DNA from: Opitutia bacterium
Lineage (GTDB): Bacteria; Verrucomicrobiota; Verrucomicrobiia; Opitutales; T3Sed10-336
DNA: 64,000 nucleotides
Assembly: GCA_050506795.1 (NCBI GenBank)
Contig: JBJHCF010000017.1
Coordinates: 26,919 to 90,918 of the forward strand
Direction: 5' to 3'
A program made the position numbers and the translations under genes. The notes beneath the pieces were generated by a model, which saw only the letters and a program-made list of their open reading frames with translations, was not told the origin of the DNA and searched no databases. How positions within the stretch are numbered: position 1 is the first letter of the stretch; each line of letters opens with the position of its first letter. Shown in pieces: positions 9,582 through 20,063 of the stretch.

Positions 9582-11276
9582 TCAGAATCGGAAGATGGCG
9601 CCGAAACGTTTGCCCAGCAGGGTGTTGGCGGCCACAATGGTGACGGCGAGGAAAAGCATCGCCCACACGCCCAGGGCCGAAGCCAGGAAACGGCCGTCGC
9701 CCATCAGTTGGAACAGTTCGTAGATCGCCTTGGTGATCGGGTAAAAGCCCTGTTGTTGCGCGAGTATCAGAGAGTCGGATACTTCGAGCATGGCGAAGGA
9801 GAAACAGAGCAACGCTCCCGCCAGGATGTTGGCGCTAATGAGAGGAAGGGTGATCTTGAGAACCGCTTTCGCCGGCGGGCAGCCGAGATTGCGCGCGGCC
9901 TCCTCGTATTCCTCGCTGGTTTGCTGAAACCCGGCCGCGGCCGCACGTACCATGAAGGGAAGACGGCGCACCGCGTAGGCGATCACCAGCAGAATAGTGG
10001 GGTCTTCCAGGGGGTTGAGAAAGCTGAAGAACTTGCCCTCGCGACTCATGGCCAGGTAACCGAAGGCGATGACAATGCCCGGGACAGCGAGAGGCAGCAT
10101 GGCGACCGAGTCGAGAATGTGACGTCCGGGCAGCCGGGTGCGCACCACCACGTAGGCGATGCAAACGCCCAGGACGATGTCGACGATGGCCGAAAGGCTG
10201 GCGTATTTGAGGCTGTTTCCGATAGAGGAAACGGTGAGGGAGTGTCCCAGGGCCAGTTGGTAGTTTTCCAGCGTCCAGGAGTCGGGCAGGACCGAAGCGT
10301 ACCAGTCCTGCGAGAAAGAAATAAAAAGGACCCCAAGGTGAGGAAGAATGGCGATCAGGGTCACCCCGAGAAAAATCGCGCTGCACGCCCATGACGCCGT
10401 TCGCGAGAGGCGACGGGGCGGGCGCGCCACCGTCGCCCGGGCCATCATGGCGTGATGGGCCTTGCCGAAGAATCCTTTACCCAGGGCGTAAAAGAGAAGT
10501 GTGAAAAGCAGAATGACGATGACCAACGCGAAGGGGAACGGGTTGGCGCCGATGTCGCGAATCCCGGCGAAGATCTGCACCGAGGTCACACGGGTGTAAT
10601 CGAAGATCAGGGGCACGCCCAGTTCGGTGAAAGACCAGATGAAAACGATGGTGCCGCCGGCGAAGATTCCCGGTCGGATCAGCGGGTAGGTCACCCGGCG
10701 AAATCTCCGGAAACCGCGGCAGCCGAGATTCTCCGCCGCTTCCTCCATGGCCGGATCGACGTTGGCCAGGGCCGCCACCAGGTTGAGGAAAAAAATGGGA
10801 TAGAGGTGAAGGGCGTTCATGATCACCACCCCCCAGAAACGCCCGCGGCCCAGCCAGTCGATGGTGGCTCCGTCGGTCAGCAGGCCGGCGTGGGTCAACA
10901 GGGCGTTGACCGCGCCGTATTGGCCGAGCATCTGTTTGATTCCCATGGCGCCGACGAACGGAGGCAGGATAATGGGAATCAGAACGAGCGCGGTCAGCAG
11001 GGCTTTGCCGGGAAAGGCGTAGCGGTCGGCCAGGAAGGCCAGGGGCATGGCGATGAGAAACGAGAGCAGGGTGGAGAATACACCCATCATGAAGGCGTTG
11101 CGGAGACCCTCCAGATAGATGGGGTTGGCGAACACCTCGAAAATATAGGCCAGGGTGATCCTGCCGTCGGCATCAATGACCGCACCCTGCAAAATTTGCC
11201 AGATGGGCCAGACGAAAAAGGCGGCGAAGAACGTCCCGGTGAAGGCGAAAATGGCAATGGAAAAGGATCGCGACAT
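9582..11276 (-). CDS. Iron(III)/AfuB-FbpB-type ABC transporter permease (duplicated domain)
   Basis: Two EEAA..LG motifs, PPFVGA, LPLAVPGIV. Confidence 0.85.
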   Translation of the reverse strand: MSRSFSIAIFAFTGTFFAAFFVWPIWQILQGAVIDADGRITLAYIFEVFANPIYLEGLRNAFMMGVFSTLLSFLIAMPLAFLADRYAFPGKALLTALVLIPIILPPFVGAMGIKQMLGQYGAVNALLTHAGLLTDGATIDWLGRGRFWGVVIMNALHLYPIFFLNLVAALANVDPAMEEAAENLGCRGFRRFRRVTYPLIRPGIFAGGTIVFIWSFTELGVPLIFDYTRVTSVQIFAGIRDIGANPFPFALVIVILLFTLLFYALGKGFFGKAHHAMMARATVARPPRRLSRTASWACSAIFLGVTLIAILPHLGVLFISFSQDWYASVLPDSWTLENYQLALGHSLTVSSIGNSLKYASLSAIVDIVLGVCIAYVVVRTRLPGRHILDSVAMLPLAVPGIVIAFGYLAMSREGKFFSFLNPLEDPTILLVIAYAVRRLPFMVRAAAAGFQQTSEEYEEAARNLGCPPAKAVLKITLPLISANILAGALLCFSFAMLEVSDSLILAQQQGFYPITKAIYELFQLMGDGRFLASALGVWAMLFLAVTIVAANTLLGKRFGAIFRF

Positions 11277-13124
11277 TTATTCGTGGATCTCGCTGGCGAG
11301 GTGCCATACTTCAGGTGAGCGCCAGAGACGGGAGATCAGGAGTTCGCGCTCGCTGGTGAATTCCTTTGGCAGGCGGTCGTAAAGACGAAGAAAGAAACTC
11401 TCGTGCTGGTGCACCTCCTCCATCCAGAGTTTGCGGTCGACCGACATCAATGCTTCGAACCGTGCGAAAGGAAAGTCGTCCATGCCGGTCCAGTCGAGGT
11501 CCTTGTAGCGGGGGATCCATCCGAGGGGGCACTCCAGCGCGTAGGCTCGGCCGTGGGCGCGCTGCACGATCCACTTCAGCACCCGCATGTTTTCGCCGAA
11601 CCCGGGCCAAAGGAATTTCCCGTCACTCCCCTTGCGAAACCAGTTGACCATGAAGATACGGGGTGGGTTGGGCAGGTTGCGTCCCACGTTGAGCCAGTGA
11701 TTGAAATAGTCGCCCATGTGATAGCCGCAGAACGGCAGCATGGCCATGGGGTCGTTGCGAACATCGCCTACGGAGCCGGCGGCCGCGGCGGTTTTCTCGG
11801 AGCCCATGGTGGCGCCCAGATACACGCCGTGAGACCAGTTGAAGGCCTGCGAGACGAGGGGAACGGTGACCGAGCGCCGGCCGCCGAAAATAAGGGCGCT
11901 GATGGGCACGCCGTTAGGGTTCTCCCATTGCGGGTCGATACAGGGGCACTGCGAGGCGGGCGCGGTGAAACGGGCATTGGGGTGGGCTGCCGGGCGACCG
12001 CAGTCGCGGGTCCAGGGTTCGCCTCTCCAGTCGATGAGTTCGGGCGGCGGTTCGTCGGTCATCCCCTCCCACCAGACATCCCCGTCGGGCGTCAGCGCGA
12101 CGTTGGTGAAGATGGTGTTCGCTTTGATGGATGCCATGGCGTTGGGATTTGATTTCACCGAGGTTCCAGGAGCCACGCCGAAAAAACCGGCTTCCGGATT
12201 GATGGCGTGCAGGCGTCCGTCCTTGCCGGTCTTGATCCAGGCGATGTCGTCTCCCACAGTGGTGATTTTCCAGCCATTGAGGGGCTCGGGCGGGATCAGC
12301 ATCGCGAAATTGGTTTTGCCGCAGGCGCTGGGAAAGGCCGCCGCGACGTAGGTCTTTTTTCCTTCCGGTGACTCCACTCCGAGAATGAGCATGTGTTCCG
12401 CCAGCCAGCCCTCCTCGCGTGCTATAACCGAGGCGATGCGCAGGGCCAGGCACTTTTTTCCCAGCAACGCGTTGCCCCCATAGCCGCTGCCGTAGGACCA
12501 AATGGAGCGTTCCTCCGGGAAGTGAACGATGTATTTGGTTTGTTTGTTGCAGGGCCACGGGACGTCCGTCTCCCCGGGCTGGATTGGAGCGCCCACCGAG
12601 TGCAGGCAGGGAACGAAGGGGCCTTTGCCCAGTCTTCCCAGCACCGCCTTACCGATTCGCGTCATAAGCCGCATATTGACCACGACATAGGGGGAATCGG
12701 TGACCTGTACCCCGATTTGCGCCATGGGCGAGCCGATCGGACCCATGCTGAAGGGAATGACATAGAGGGTGCGGCCGCGCATGCAGCCATCGAAAAGACC
12801 CATCAGTTCCCGTTTCATGGCGCGGGGTTCGCGCCAGTTGTTGGTGGGTCCGGCATCCCCTTTGCGCAAGCTGCATATATAGGTGCGATCTTCCACCCGG
12901 GCCACGTCGTCCGGGTCGGAGCGGCAGCAGAAGCTGTTGGGCCGCTTTTCAGGATTGAGCCGGATAAAGGTGCCGGATTCCACCATCTGCCCGCAGAGGC
13001 GCTCGTTCTCCTCAATGGAGCCATCGCACCAGTGGACTTCGTCCGGCTGGCACAGGGCGGCGACGCGGTTGACCCACTCGTTGACGTTCTTTTGGCCCGG
13101 TGCGGTTATGGCGGAGATCTTCAT
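11277..13124 (-). CDS. pckG: Phosphoenolpyruvate carboxykinase (GTP)
   Basis: [60 protein letters not shown]. Confidence 0.97.
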   Translation of the reverse strand: MKISAITAPGQKNVNEWVNRVAALCQPDEVHWCDGSIEENERLCGQMVESGTFIRLNPEKRPNSFCCRSDPDDVARVEDRTYICSLRKGDAGPTNNWREPRAMKRELMGLFDGCMRGRTLYVIPFSMGPIGSPMAQIGVQVTDSPYVVVNMRLMTRIGKAVLGRLGKGPFVPCLHSVGAPIQPGETDVPWPCNKQTKYIVHFPEERSIWSYGSGYGGNALLGKKCLALRIASVIAREEGWLAEHMLILGVESPEGKKTYVAAAFPSACGKTNFAMLIPPEPLNGWKITTVGDDIAWIKTGKDGRLHAINPEAGFFGVAPGTSVKSNPNAMASIKANTIFTNVALTPDGDVWWEGMTDEPPPELIDWRGEPWTRDCGRPAAHPNARFTAPASQCPCIDPQWENPNGVPISALIFGGRRSVTVPLVSQAFNWSHGVYLGATMGSEKTAAAAGSVGDVRNDPMAMLPFCGYHMGDYFNHWLNVGRNLPNPPRIFMVNWFRKGSDGKFLWPGFGENMRVLKWIVQRAHGRAYALECPLGWIPRYKDLDWTGMDDFPFARFEALMSVDRKLWMEEVHQHESFFLRLYDRLPKEFTSERELLISRLWRSPEVWHLASEIHE

Positions 13125-13156
13125 TTGATCGAACGTGTCGTGACGGGATGAAATCG

Positions 13157-14854
13157 CTACATTTTTCCGTGTCGAATGATGGAAACGAGCAGTCCAAAGC
13201 CCATCACCGCCGCCAGCAGGAAGCCGACCAGTCCGATGATGGGGATATCGTTCCAGGTGGGCGGCAACCGGGCGTGGACCATGAGTGAGGAGCCCACGAT
13301 CAGGGCCGCCAGCACGATGGCGAATGCGATTCGATTGCTGATGCGTTCAAGCCCCTGAATAAGTGGGCCGAGGCCGTGGTGTTCGAAGGCGAGGCGGGCC
13401 TTGCCGAGCTCTACGGCACGCACCAGGGTTCGCAGGTCTTCCGGCAGGTCCTTGATGAACTCGAGGGCGCTCAGGCCGGAATCCACCAGGTTGCGGGTGA
13501 GGCGCGACGGCCGGGTGCGATTCAGGCGCATCCGGCGGACGTAGGGTTTGGTTTCCTTGAGGATGTCGAATTGAGGGTCGAGTTTGCGAACGACGCTCTC
13601 GAAAGTGGCGACGGCTTTGATCAGCAGGAAAATGGCCATCGGGATGCGCAGGCCGTGCCGGGTGGTCTTGTGCAATAATTCCTGCAGCAGGCGACCGAAG
13701 CTCATTTCACCGATCGGCTTGTAGAAGTGCAGCGTCATGAATTCGGCCACGTCGGCTTCCAGGGGAGCGCGCTCGGGTGGACGTTGGGACGAAGTCAACT
13801 TGAGCAGGGAATCGGTGGCGGCGGATTCATCGTGACGCGAGATATGGTAAAGGAGATCGGCAAACTGCTCCCGCAAAGTGAGATTCATCCGGCCCATCAT
13901 GCCGAAATCGATGAAAGCGATTCTCTGGCTGGGCAGGACGAAAAGGTTTCCCGCGTGCGGATCGGCGTGGAAAAAACCGTGCTCGAAGATTTGTTTCATC
14001 ATCAGTTCTGCAGTTTCATGGGCGATGCGGCGCAGGTCGTAGCCCTTTTCCCGCAACAGCTCCAATTTGGTGGCCTTGATGCCGTCCAGGAATTCCATGG
14101 TGAGCACCTTTTCGCTTGAAAGCGGGGTGAAAACCTGAGGCACGTGCACGGTGGAATTACCGTGGAATTGATGACGAAACCGCTGGATGTGGGAAGCTTC
14201 GATGTGGAAATCGAGTTCCTTGCGCAGCATGTGTGACATTTGCCGAATGATCCGGGTCGGCTGGTGGACGCTCCAGCCCTCCACATGCTTCTCCATCAGA
14301 CCGGCGAGGGTTTCCATGATCTCCAGGTCGGTTTCGATCTGTTGGCGCAGGCCAGGTCGCTGGACTTTGACCACCACCCGTTCGCCCGAAGCCAGACGGG
14401 CTTTGTGGATCTGGGCGATGGATGCGGCGGCCAGGGGTTCCTTGTCGAATTCGGTAAAGAGGGTGTTCAGCCGGGCGCCCAATTCCTGCTCGATCCGATC
14501 TTTGATCTCGGAATACGGCACTGCCGGCACCTCGTCCTCCAGTTTGTGCAGTTCGTTGAGGTACTCCTCGGGGATGAGATCCGCCCTTGTGGCCAGAATC
14601 TGGCCCATCTTGACGAATGTCGGTCCCAGGTCCTGCAAGGCCAGGCGCAACCGCACCGGGCGGGAGCGTTCAGCTACCTCCTTCCCCCTTGTTCGGCGTC
14701 GGTTCAGACGCAGGGCCGAGCCGAGGTAGCGATTGGCCTGCACCAGTTGCCGAAACTCGTCGAAGCCGTACTTGAGGAAAATAGTGATGACCTCGCGGTA
14801 ACGTTGGACGTGATGGTAGGTGCGGCTGAGGGCTCCATAAGAATAGAAAGACAT
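13157..14854 (-). CDS. AarF/UbiB/ABC1 family kinase
   Basis: [42 protein letters not shown], two C-terminal TMs. Confidence 0.93.
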   Translation of the reverse strand: MSFYSYGALSRTYHHVQRYREVITIFLKYGFDEFRQLVQANRYLGSALRLNRRRTRGKEVAERSRPVRLRLALQDLGPTFVKMGQILATRADLIPEEYLNELHKLEDEVPAVPYSEIKDRIEQELGARLNTLFTEFDKEPLAAASIAQIHKARLASGERVVVKVQRPGLRQQIETDLEIMETLAGLMEKHVEGWSVHQPTRIIRQMSHMLRKELDFHIEASHIQRFRHQFHGNSTVHVPQVFTPLSSEKVLTMEFLDGIKATKLELLREKGYDLRRIAHETAELMMKQIFEHGFFHADPHAGNLFVLPSQRIAFIDFGMMGRMNLTLREQFADLLYHISRHDESAATDSLLKLTSSQRPPERAPLEADVAEFMTLHFYKPIGEMSFGRLLQELLHKTTRHGLRIPMAIFLLIKAVATFESVVRKLDPQFDILKETKPYVRRMRLNRTRPSRLTRNLVDSGLSALEFIKDLPEDLRTLVRAVELGKARLAFEHHGLGPLIQGLERISNRIAFAIVLAALIVGSSLMVHARLPPTWNDIPIIGLVGFLLAAVMGFGLLVSIIRHGKM

Positions 14855-15008
14855 AACGATTTTCGTTGATTATGGCATAAGTTAGCCAAACTGGCGGGCG
14901 GGCGGCAATGGGAATCGCAGCGACGGTTGCCGGGATCGGCCGCAAATTACGTTTCCCCTTGAAACCCGTGGCCGGATGCGTTGAGGTGATCTTTTTCCAG
15001 CAACGCCT

Positions 15009-15965
15009 ATGAAAATTGATTTACCAGATGGACGCCAGATCGACCTTCCGCTCGCGAAGCTGGTCTGGATACCGGTGGCCGCTTTGATCGTGGTAGCCGC
15101 CCTGACCGTGTTTTATCAGGTCGATACCGATGAGCAGGGCGTCGTCCTGCGTTTCGGCCGGCACCTGCAAACCACCGGTCCCGGCCTGCACTTCAAGCTC
15201 CCTTATCCGATCGATCAGGTCTACAAGGTTCGCACCCAGACGGTCGATGTGCAGGAGTTTGGTTACCGCACCCAGAGCCGAGCCGGAATTGTCACCCGGG
15301 GATATGAAGAGGAAAGCTCCATGCTGACCGGGGACTTGAACATCGTGCGGGCCAGTTGGGCCGTGCAGTTCAGCCGCCGCTATCCGGAGGAATTCCTTTT
15401 TAACGTCAAGGATCCCGAGGACACACTCCGCGATATCGCGCAGTCGGTGATGCGGGAAGTGATGGGTGACCGCGCCAGTATTCCGATCCTGACCGTTGGC
15501 CGGGCCGAGATTCAGGTTCGCGCCCGAGAGTTGATCCAGGAATATGTCGACCAGTTTGAAATGGGAATCCATGTCAGCGCCGTCAACCTGACCCAGGTCG
15601 AGCCTCCCGTGCCGGTGATCGATGCCTTCAACGACCTGAACCGAGCCGAACAGGACGCGCAGCGTTTCTTTGAGGAAGCGTCCCGCGAGTACGAAGAACG
15701 CGTTCCCCGGGCTCGAGGGGAGGCGGAACGTTTGGTTCTAGAGGCGGAGGGTTTTCTTCAGAGACGAACCAACGTCGCCCGAGGGGAGGCTCAGCGTTTC
15801 ATCGATACGGTTGAGGCTTACGAACTGGCGCCGAACGTAACCCGTCGCCGTTTATATTTGGAGACTATGGAACAGCTCGTGCCCGAGTTACGCGAGGTCA
15901 TTGTCATCGACCAGGAAATGCAGTCTCTTCTGCCTCACATCAACCTGCGGGAGGCCAACCGATGA
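15009..15965 (+). CDS. hflK: FtsH modulator HflK
   Basis: TM plus SPFH domain, GVVLRFG, GLHFKLPYPID, MLTGDLNIV, APNVTRRRLYLETM. Confidence 0.93.
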   Translation: MKIDLPDGRQIDLPLAKLVWIPVAALIVVAALTVFYQVDTDEQGVVLRFGRHLQTTGPGLHFKLPYPIDQVYKVRTQTVDVQEFGYRTQSRAGIVTRGYEEESSMLTGDLNIVRASWAVQFSRRYPEEFLFNVKDPEDTLRDIAQSVMREVMGDRASIPILTVGRAEIQVRARELIQEYVDQFEMGIHVSAVNLTQVEPPVPVIDAFNDLNRAEQDAQRFFEEASREYEERVPRARGEAERLVLEAEGFLQRRTNVARGEAQRFIDTVEAYELAPNVTRRRLYLETMEQLVPELREVIVIDQEMQSLLPHINLREANR

Positions 15966-17056
15966 AAAACACATTTAATAGATTTAGAGAAAAAGCGGGC
16001 CATGTCCCCACCGCGGTGGTTGCGGGGCTGGCGCTGGTCCTGGTCCTCGTGCTGCTGCTGGTCAATTCCCTTTTTATTGTCAACGAATGGCAGCAGGCCG
16101 TGGTGACCCGTTTCGGTGAAGTGGTCTCCGAACCGGTGACCGACGCCGGACTGCATTTCAAGATGCCGTACTACCGGGTCCAGATTTACGACAAACGCTT
16201 GATGCGTCTTGACGGTTCTGCGACCTCGGCTATCACCCGCGACCGCAAGCGGGTGCAGATCGACGTGACCGCGCGCTGGCGCATCGAGGATGCGCGACGT
16301 TTCCGCGAGACCATCAATACGGAAGCCAACGCCGACCAGCGTCTGTTCAGCATTATCGACGAAGCGGTTCGCAACCAGATCGGACAATTCGATCTTTATC
16401 AGGTTATTCGCAGCAGTAACCGAATCCTCGAAGTGGATGAGGGTTACGAGCTTGTCCTGGACGATGTTGATATTGAAGAGCTGGAAATGGAGGAACTCGC
16501 CACCCTTGGCGCGGAAGTGGAGGAGTTGGAGCGGGATGCCGAAGGCCAATTTCTGGCCGGTCGCCCCGTGGTCATCGAACACATCCTCGAGGCCGCACGT
16601 GAGCAACTTGAGCGCGTCGACCTTGGAATTCATCTGCAGGACATCCTCATCAAGCAGCTCAACTACACGACCGAGATCGAGGAAACGGTTTTCGCTCAGA
16701 TGAACGCCGAGCTGAACAAGATTTCCGCCGGGATTCGTTCGCACGGTCAGCGCCGGGCGGAGGAGAGGCTGGGTGAGATGGAACGCGAGTTGGCCACCAT
16801 CAGCAGCCGCGCCCAGGAAAGGGCCGAGCGGATTCGGGGTCAGGCCGAAGCGGAGGCCACCCGGACCTATGCGGAAGCCTACAACCGGGATCCTCACTTC
16901 TACCAGTTTCTGCGTACGCTGGAGAGTTACGAAACGATCCTGGGCGGCAACAGCACCCTGGTCATCGGCACCGACAGTCCACTGTTCGGACTGTTCAAGG
17001 ACCTGGCCACCATGGAGGTGGACGTGGAAGAACTCGGTTTGGGTGATTCAGAGTGA
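15962..17056 (+). CDS. hflC: FtsH modulator HflC
   Basis: QAVVTRFG, AYNRDPHFYQFLRTLESY; ATGA overlap with hflK. Confidence 0.92.
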   Translation: MKNTFNRFREKAGHVPTAVVAGLALVLVLVLLLVNSLFIVNEWQQAVVTRFGEVVSEPVTDAGLHFKMPYYRVQIYDKRLMRLDGSATSAITRDRKRVQIDVTARWRIEDARRFRETINTEANADQRLFSIIDEAVRNQIGQFDLYQVIRSSNRILEVDEGYELVLDDVDIEELEMEELATLGAEVEELERDAEGQFLAGRPVVIEHILEAAREQLERVDLGIHLQDILIKQLNYTTEIEETVFAQMNAELNKISAGIRSHGQRRAEERLGEMERELATISSRAQERAERIRGQAEAEATRTYAEAYNRDPHFYQFLRTLESYETILGGNSTLVIGTDSPLFGLFKDLATMEVDVEELGLGDSE

Positions 17057-17086
17057 CCGCGCGTGGGCAGCCACCCGCGGCGGCGC

Positions 17087-18352
17087 ATGAAAAACGGGTT
17101 TTATAACGAATTCGATTACGAGACTCTCGAATTGAAAGGGATCGCGGATTACCGCGGTCCCTTTCAAATCGACCGGGATCGGGTGATTTATTCCCACGCT
17201 TTCCGACGCCTTCAGTCCAAGACCCAGGTCTTTCTCTCCGGGGAATACGATTTCTACCGAACCCGGCTGACTCACTCGCTGGAAGTCGCTCAGATAGGAC
17301 GATCCATCTGCCGCTTCCTCCGCAGCCGGGGAGATCCTCTCTCGGACGGGTTTTTTATCGATGAGGATCTGGTGGAGGCCGTGTGTCTGTCGCACGATCT
17401 CGGGCACCCGCCCTTCGGGCATTCGGGAGAGCGCGCTTTGCATGAACTGATGCGTGCGGACGGGGGTTTTGAAGGAAACGCGCAGACCCTGCGGATTGTC
17501 ACCGAGTGTATTTATCAGAACGCATCGGGCCACCGCGGCATGAAGCCGACCCGGGCGTTTTTGGATGGAATTCTCAAGTACAAGCGGTTGCACGAAGAGG
17601 GAAACGACCCGGACAACCATTTCATCTACGACGAACAAGCGGTCTACCGTGGATTTGTTTTTGGAGAACGGCCGGCGCCGCCGGAGTGGGGTGACGGGGA
17701 GAAGATCAACGGCCTGAAAAGCATCGAATGCCAGATTATGGATTGGGCCGACGACACCGCCTACTCACTGAACGATATCGTCGACGGTGTCCGGGCGGGA
17801 TTCCTCAACTCCGAGAAGATTCGGGTTTGGCGTGAACGATCCGACCTTTCCGAGGTGGGAAGTGACGCGATCGAAACGCTGCTTCGGGCCATCGAAGAGG
17901 ATCGGTTGGAGCCGGTTTTCAGCCGGAAAATCGGTCACTTTCTGCAGGCGGTGCGCCTGGAGCCGACGGTGAACTTCCTGTCCGACCTGAGCAATCGTCA
18001 CTGTTTCTTTTTGGCTGTTGATCCGGCCATCCGGGAGGAAGCCGAGGTGTACAAATGTTTGGCGTACGAGGTGATATTTCGTTCCGCGCCCCTGCAGCAG
18101 ATAGAATTCAAGGGAGCGATTATCCTGGAGAAACTGTTCCGGGCGCTGTGCGATCATTACCTCGATGGCGCTCGTCGCCGCATCGATTTTCTGCCGGACC
18201 CCGCAGCATCCCTGTTGGAGGCCCAGCCGGATTGCCGGAAGAAGAAACGACTGCTGGCCGATTATCTGGCTTCCATGACCGACAATGCGGCCATTCGAAC
18301 CTACAAGCGCCTCTTCGATCCGGATTTCGGCTCGATCATGGAGATCCTCTGA
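17087..18352 (+). CDS. dgt: dNTP triphosphohydrolase (dGTPase, HD superfamily)
   Basis: FQIDRDRVIYSHAFRRLQSKTQV, RTRLTHSLEVAQ, HDLGHPPFGHSGE, FEGNAQTLRI, DYLASMTD. Confidence 0.93.
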   Translation: MKNGFYNEFDYETLELKGIADYRGPFQIDRDRVIYSHAFRRLQSKTQVFLSGEYDFYRTRLTHSLEVAQIGRSICRFLRSRGDPLSDGFFIDEDLVEAVCLSHDLGHPPFGHSGERALHELMRADGGFEGNAQTLRIVTECIYQNASGHRGMKPTRAFLDGILKYKRLHEEGNDPDNHFIYDEQAVYRGFVFGERPAPPEWGDGEKINGLKSIECQIMDWADDTAYSLNDIVDGVRAGFLNSEKIRVWRERSDLSEVGSDAIETLLRAIEEDRLEPVFSRKIGHFLQAVRLEPTVNFLSDLSNRHCFFLAVDPAIREEAEVYKCLAYEVIFRSAPLQQIEFKGAIILEKLFRALCDHYLDGARRRIDFLPDPAASLLEAQPDCRKKKRLLADYLASMTDNAAIRTYKRLFDPDFGSIMEIL

Positions 18353-18406
18353 TCGCGCGGAAGTTTCGGGTTGTGGAACGTCGCCCGAGCTTCCATAAGG
18401 ATATTT

Positions 18407-18850
18407 ATGCCCAAGATCGATACGGACCAGGTCGCGATGATCCTCAACCAAAATGAACTTCCGCCGCCGGTGGTGGAACGGATAATGCGGGATATTTCCC
18501 GTCAGGTGGAGGAGGAACAGCGGGCGAAGGAAGAGGAGAAAGCGCCCAAGAAGAAGCGCCAGTATGTGATCCTGATCTCGGATCCGGAATCCGAGTTGCC
18601 CAAGAAGGATCTGGTCGGTTGGGTGGTGCAGATTCCCGAGGAGGACAGTCCGCTCAGTGCCCAGGAAAGGATTCAGAAGGCAGCCTACGAATTCAATGCC
18701 AGCCCGCGCGGCCGTAAATTGCCCGCGCTGAGCATGGGGGAGGCGATCGAAAGCGTCAGTGCGAAGTTCTTCAAGGAACAGGAAGTCGCCATCAAGACCA
18801 AGGTGCCGGTGCTGGCGTTGAGGACCGACAACAAGCTGCCAACCGGGTAG
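18407..18850 (+). CDS. Hypothetical protein
   Basis: RBS aagga before ATG 18407, strong coding bias, no recognised motif. Confidence 0.7.
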   Translation: MPKIDTDQVAMILNQNELPPPVVERIMRDISRQVEEEQRAKEEEKAPKKKRQYVILISDPESELPKKDLVGWVVQIPEEDSPLSAQERIQKAAYEFNASPRGRKLPALSMGEAIESVSAKFFKEQEVAIKTKVPVLALRTDNKLPTG

Positions 18851-18854
18851 CTTG

Positions 18855-18926
18855 TCGATCGGTCGAATCCGGCTAGATCAGACTGATCCGTCCGATCCGT
18901 CTGGTCGGACCGATCGGACCGATCGA
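18855..18926. repeat. GATC-rich nested palindrome built from ~9-nt units
   Basis: Outer arms tcgatcggtc/gaccgatcga, inner cagac-t-gatc[cgtcc]gatc-c-gtctg. Confidence 0.7.
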
Positions 18927-18936
18927 ATAAATCACG

Positions 18937-19962
18937 ATGCAGCACGAACACAGTTTTACGGTACCGGAGGGGATTTTCCGGGTGCGGGCTGACAAGGTTC
19001 TGGCGGCTGGATTTCCCGCCTACAGTCGCACGGCTCTGCAGCGCGCTTTTGAGGAGGGGGGCGTGTTGCGAGAGGGAGTGGCGCTGGGGCAGCGCGATCC
19101 CGTATCCTCGGGAGAGGTGCTGGTTTTTTCTCTGCCGGAGGTCAGGCCTCTGGGGCTGAAGGCCATGCCGATTCCCTTGGAGGTGGTGTACGAGGACGAG
19201 GCCTTGGTCGCGGTCAACAAGCCCAGCGGTATGGTGGTGCACCCCGGCGCCGGCACCCGCGAGGACACGTTGGTGCATGCCCTGCTGGCGCATTGCGCGG
19301 GTCAATTGAGTGGCATCGGCGGGGTGGAGCGCCCGGGAATTGTCCACCGGCTGGACAAGGATACTTCGGGGTTGATTGTGGCTGCCAAAACCGATGAGGC
19401 CCACAGGGAGTTGGCCCGTCAGTTCGGCGAACGGGAAGTTCAGAAAGAGTACCTGGCCCTGGTCGGCGGTGTTCCCGAATTGCTTTCCGGGTCGATTGTT
19501 GACGCCATTGGGCGCCATCCCGTCCATCGTCACAAAATGGCCGTCGTCCCGGCGGAAAAGGGGCGTTCCGCCCATACCGACTGGGAACGGGTGGAGGTTT
19601 TTGGTTCCAGTGCCGCCCTGCTGAGGTGCCGTATCCACACCGGCCGTACGCACCAGATCCGGGTGCACCTGAGTTCGCGGCGCCACCCGCTTCTCGGCGA
19701 CGCCGTGTACGGTTACCGGAATCCGGAGGCGATCGCCCAGGCCCCGCGGAGGGTCATGCTGCATGCCGAAACCCTAAGGTTCAGGCATCCGGTGACCGAG
19801 GAACCATTGCGCCTGGTGGCTCCGCTCGCGGCGGATTTTCAGGCGATGCTGGATTTATTGCGCGGGTTGCCTTCCCAGGGTATCAGGCGTGAGAATTCTC
19901 GCACGGAGGCACGCCCTCGACGAGCTCGGGGCGGTGAGAGACACAGAGGGCAAGAAAAATGA
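18937..19962 (+). CDS. rluD: RluA family 23S rRNA pseudouridine synthase (RluD)
   Basis: S4-like N-terminus, VNKPSGMVVHP, RPGIVHRLDKDTSG, TGRTHQIRVH, MLHA. Confidence 0.93.
   Translation: MQHEHSFTVPEGIFRVRADKVLAAGFPAYSRTALQRAFEEGGVLREGVALGQRDPVSSGEVLVFSLPEVRPLGLKAMPIPLEVVYEDEALVAVNKPSGMVVHPGAGTREDTLVHALLAHCAGQLSGIGGVERPGIVHRLDKDTSGLIVAAKTDEAHRELARQFGEREVQKEYLALVGGVPELLSGSIVDAIGRHPVHRHKMAVVPAEKGRSAHTDWERVEVFGSSAALLRCRIHTGRTHQIRVHLSSRRHPLLGDAVYGYRNPEAIAQAPRRVMLHAETLRFRHPVTEEPLRLVAPLAADFQAMLDLLRGLPSQGIRRENSRTEARPRRARGGERHRGQEK
19897..19949 (+). repeat. Half copy of the CACGGAG repeat with a 24-nt insertion, inside the 3' end of rluD
   Basis: tctcgcacggaggcac[24 nt]agagacacagagg aligns with 62274-62302. 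Confidence 0.65.
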
Positions 19963-20063
19963 ATTAGGAATTCAGATACGGCAGCGTTAACCTCGGCGCG
20001 GCGATTCGCATTCCGACCGGCGTCGATCGCTCCACCCGGGAACCAGGAACAGGACTCAGCCCA

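Noticed and set aside
17087..18352. dGTPase (and the SNF2 helicase) as anti-phage defence genes
   Set aside because: Housekeeping neighbourhood and no defence-island or mobility genes; cannot be supported from sequence alone.
18855..18926. Short repeats considered as a CRISPR array
   Set aside because: No constant repeat with unique spacers, and no cas genes in the window.
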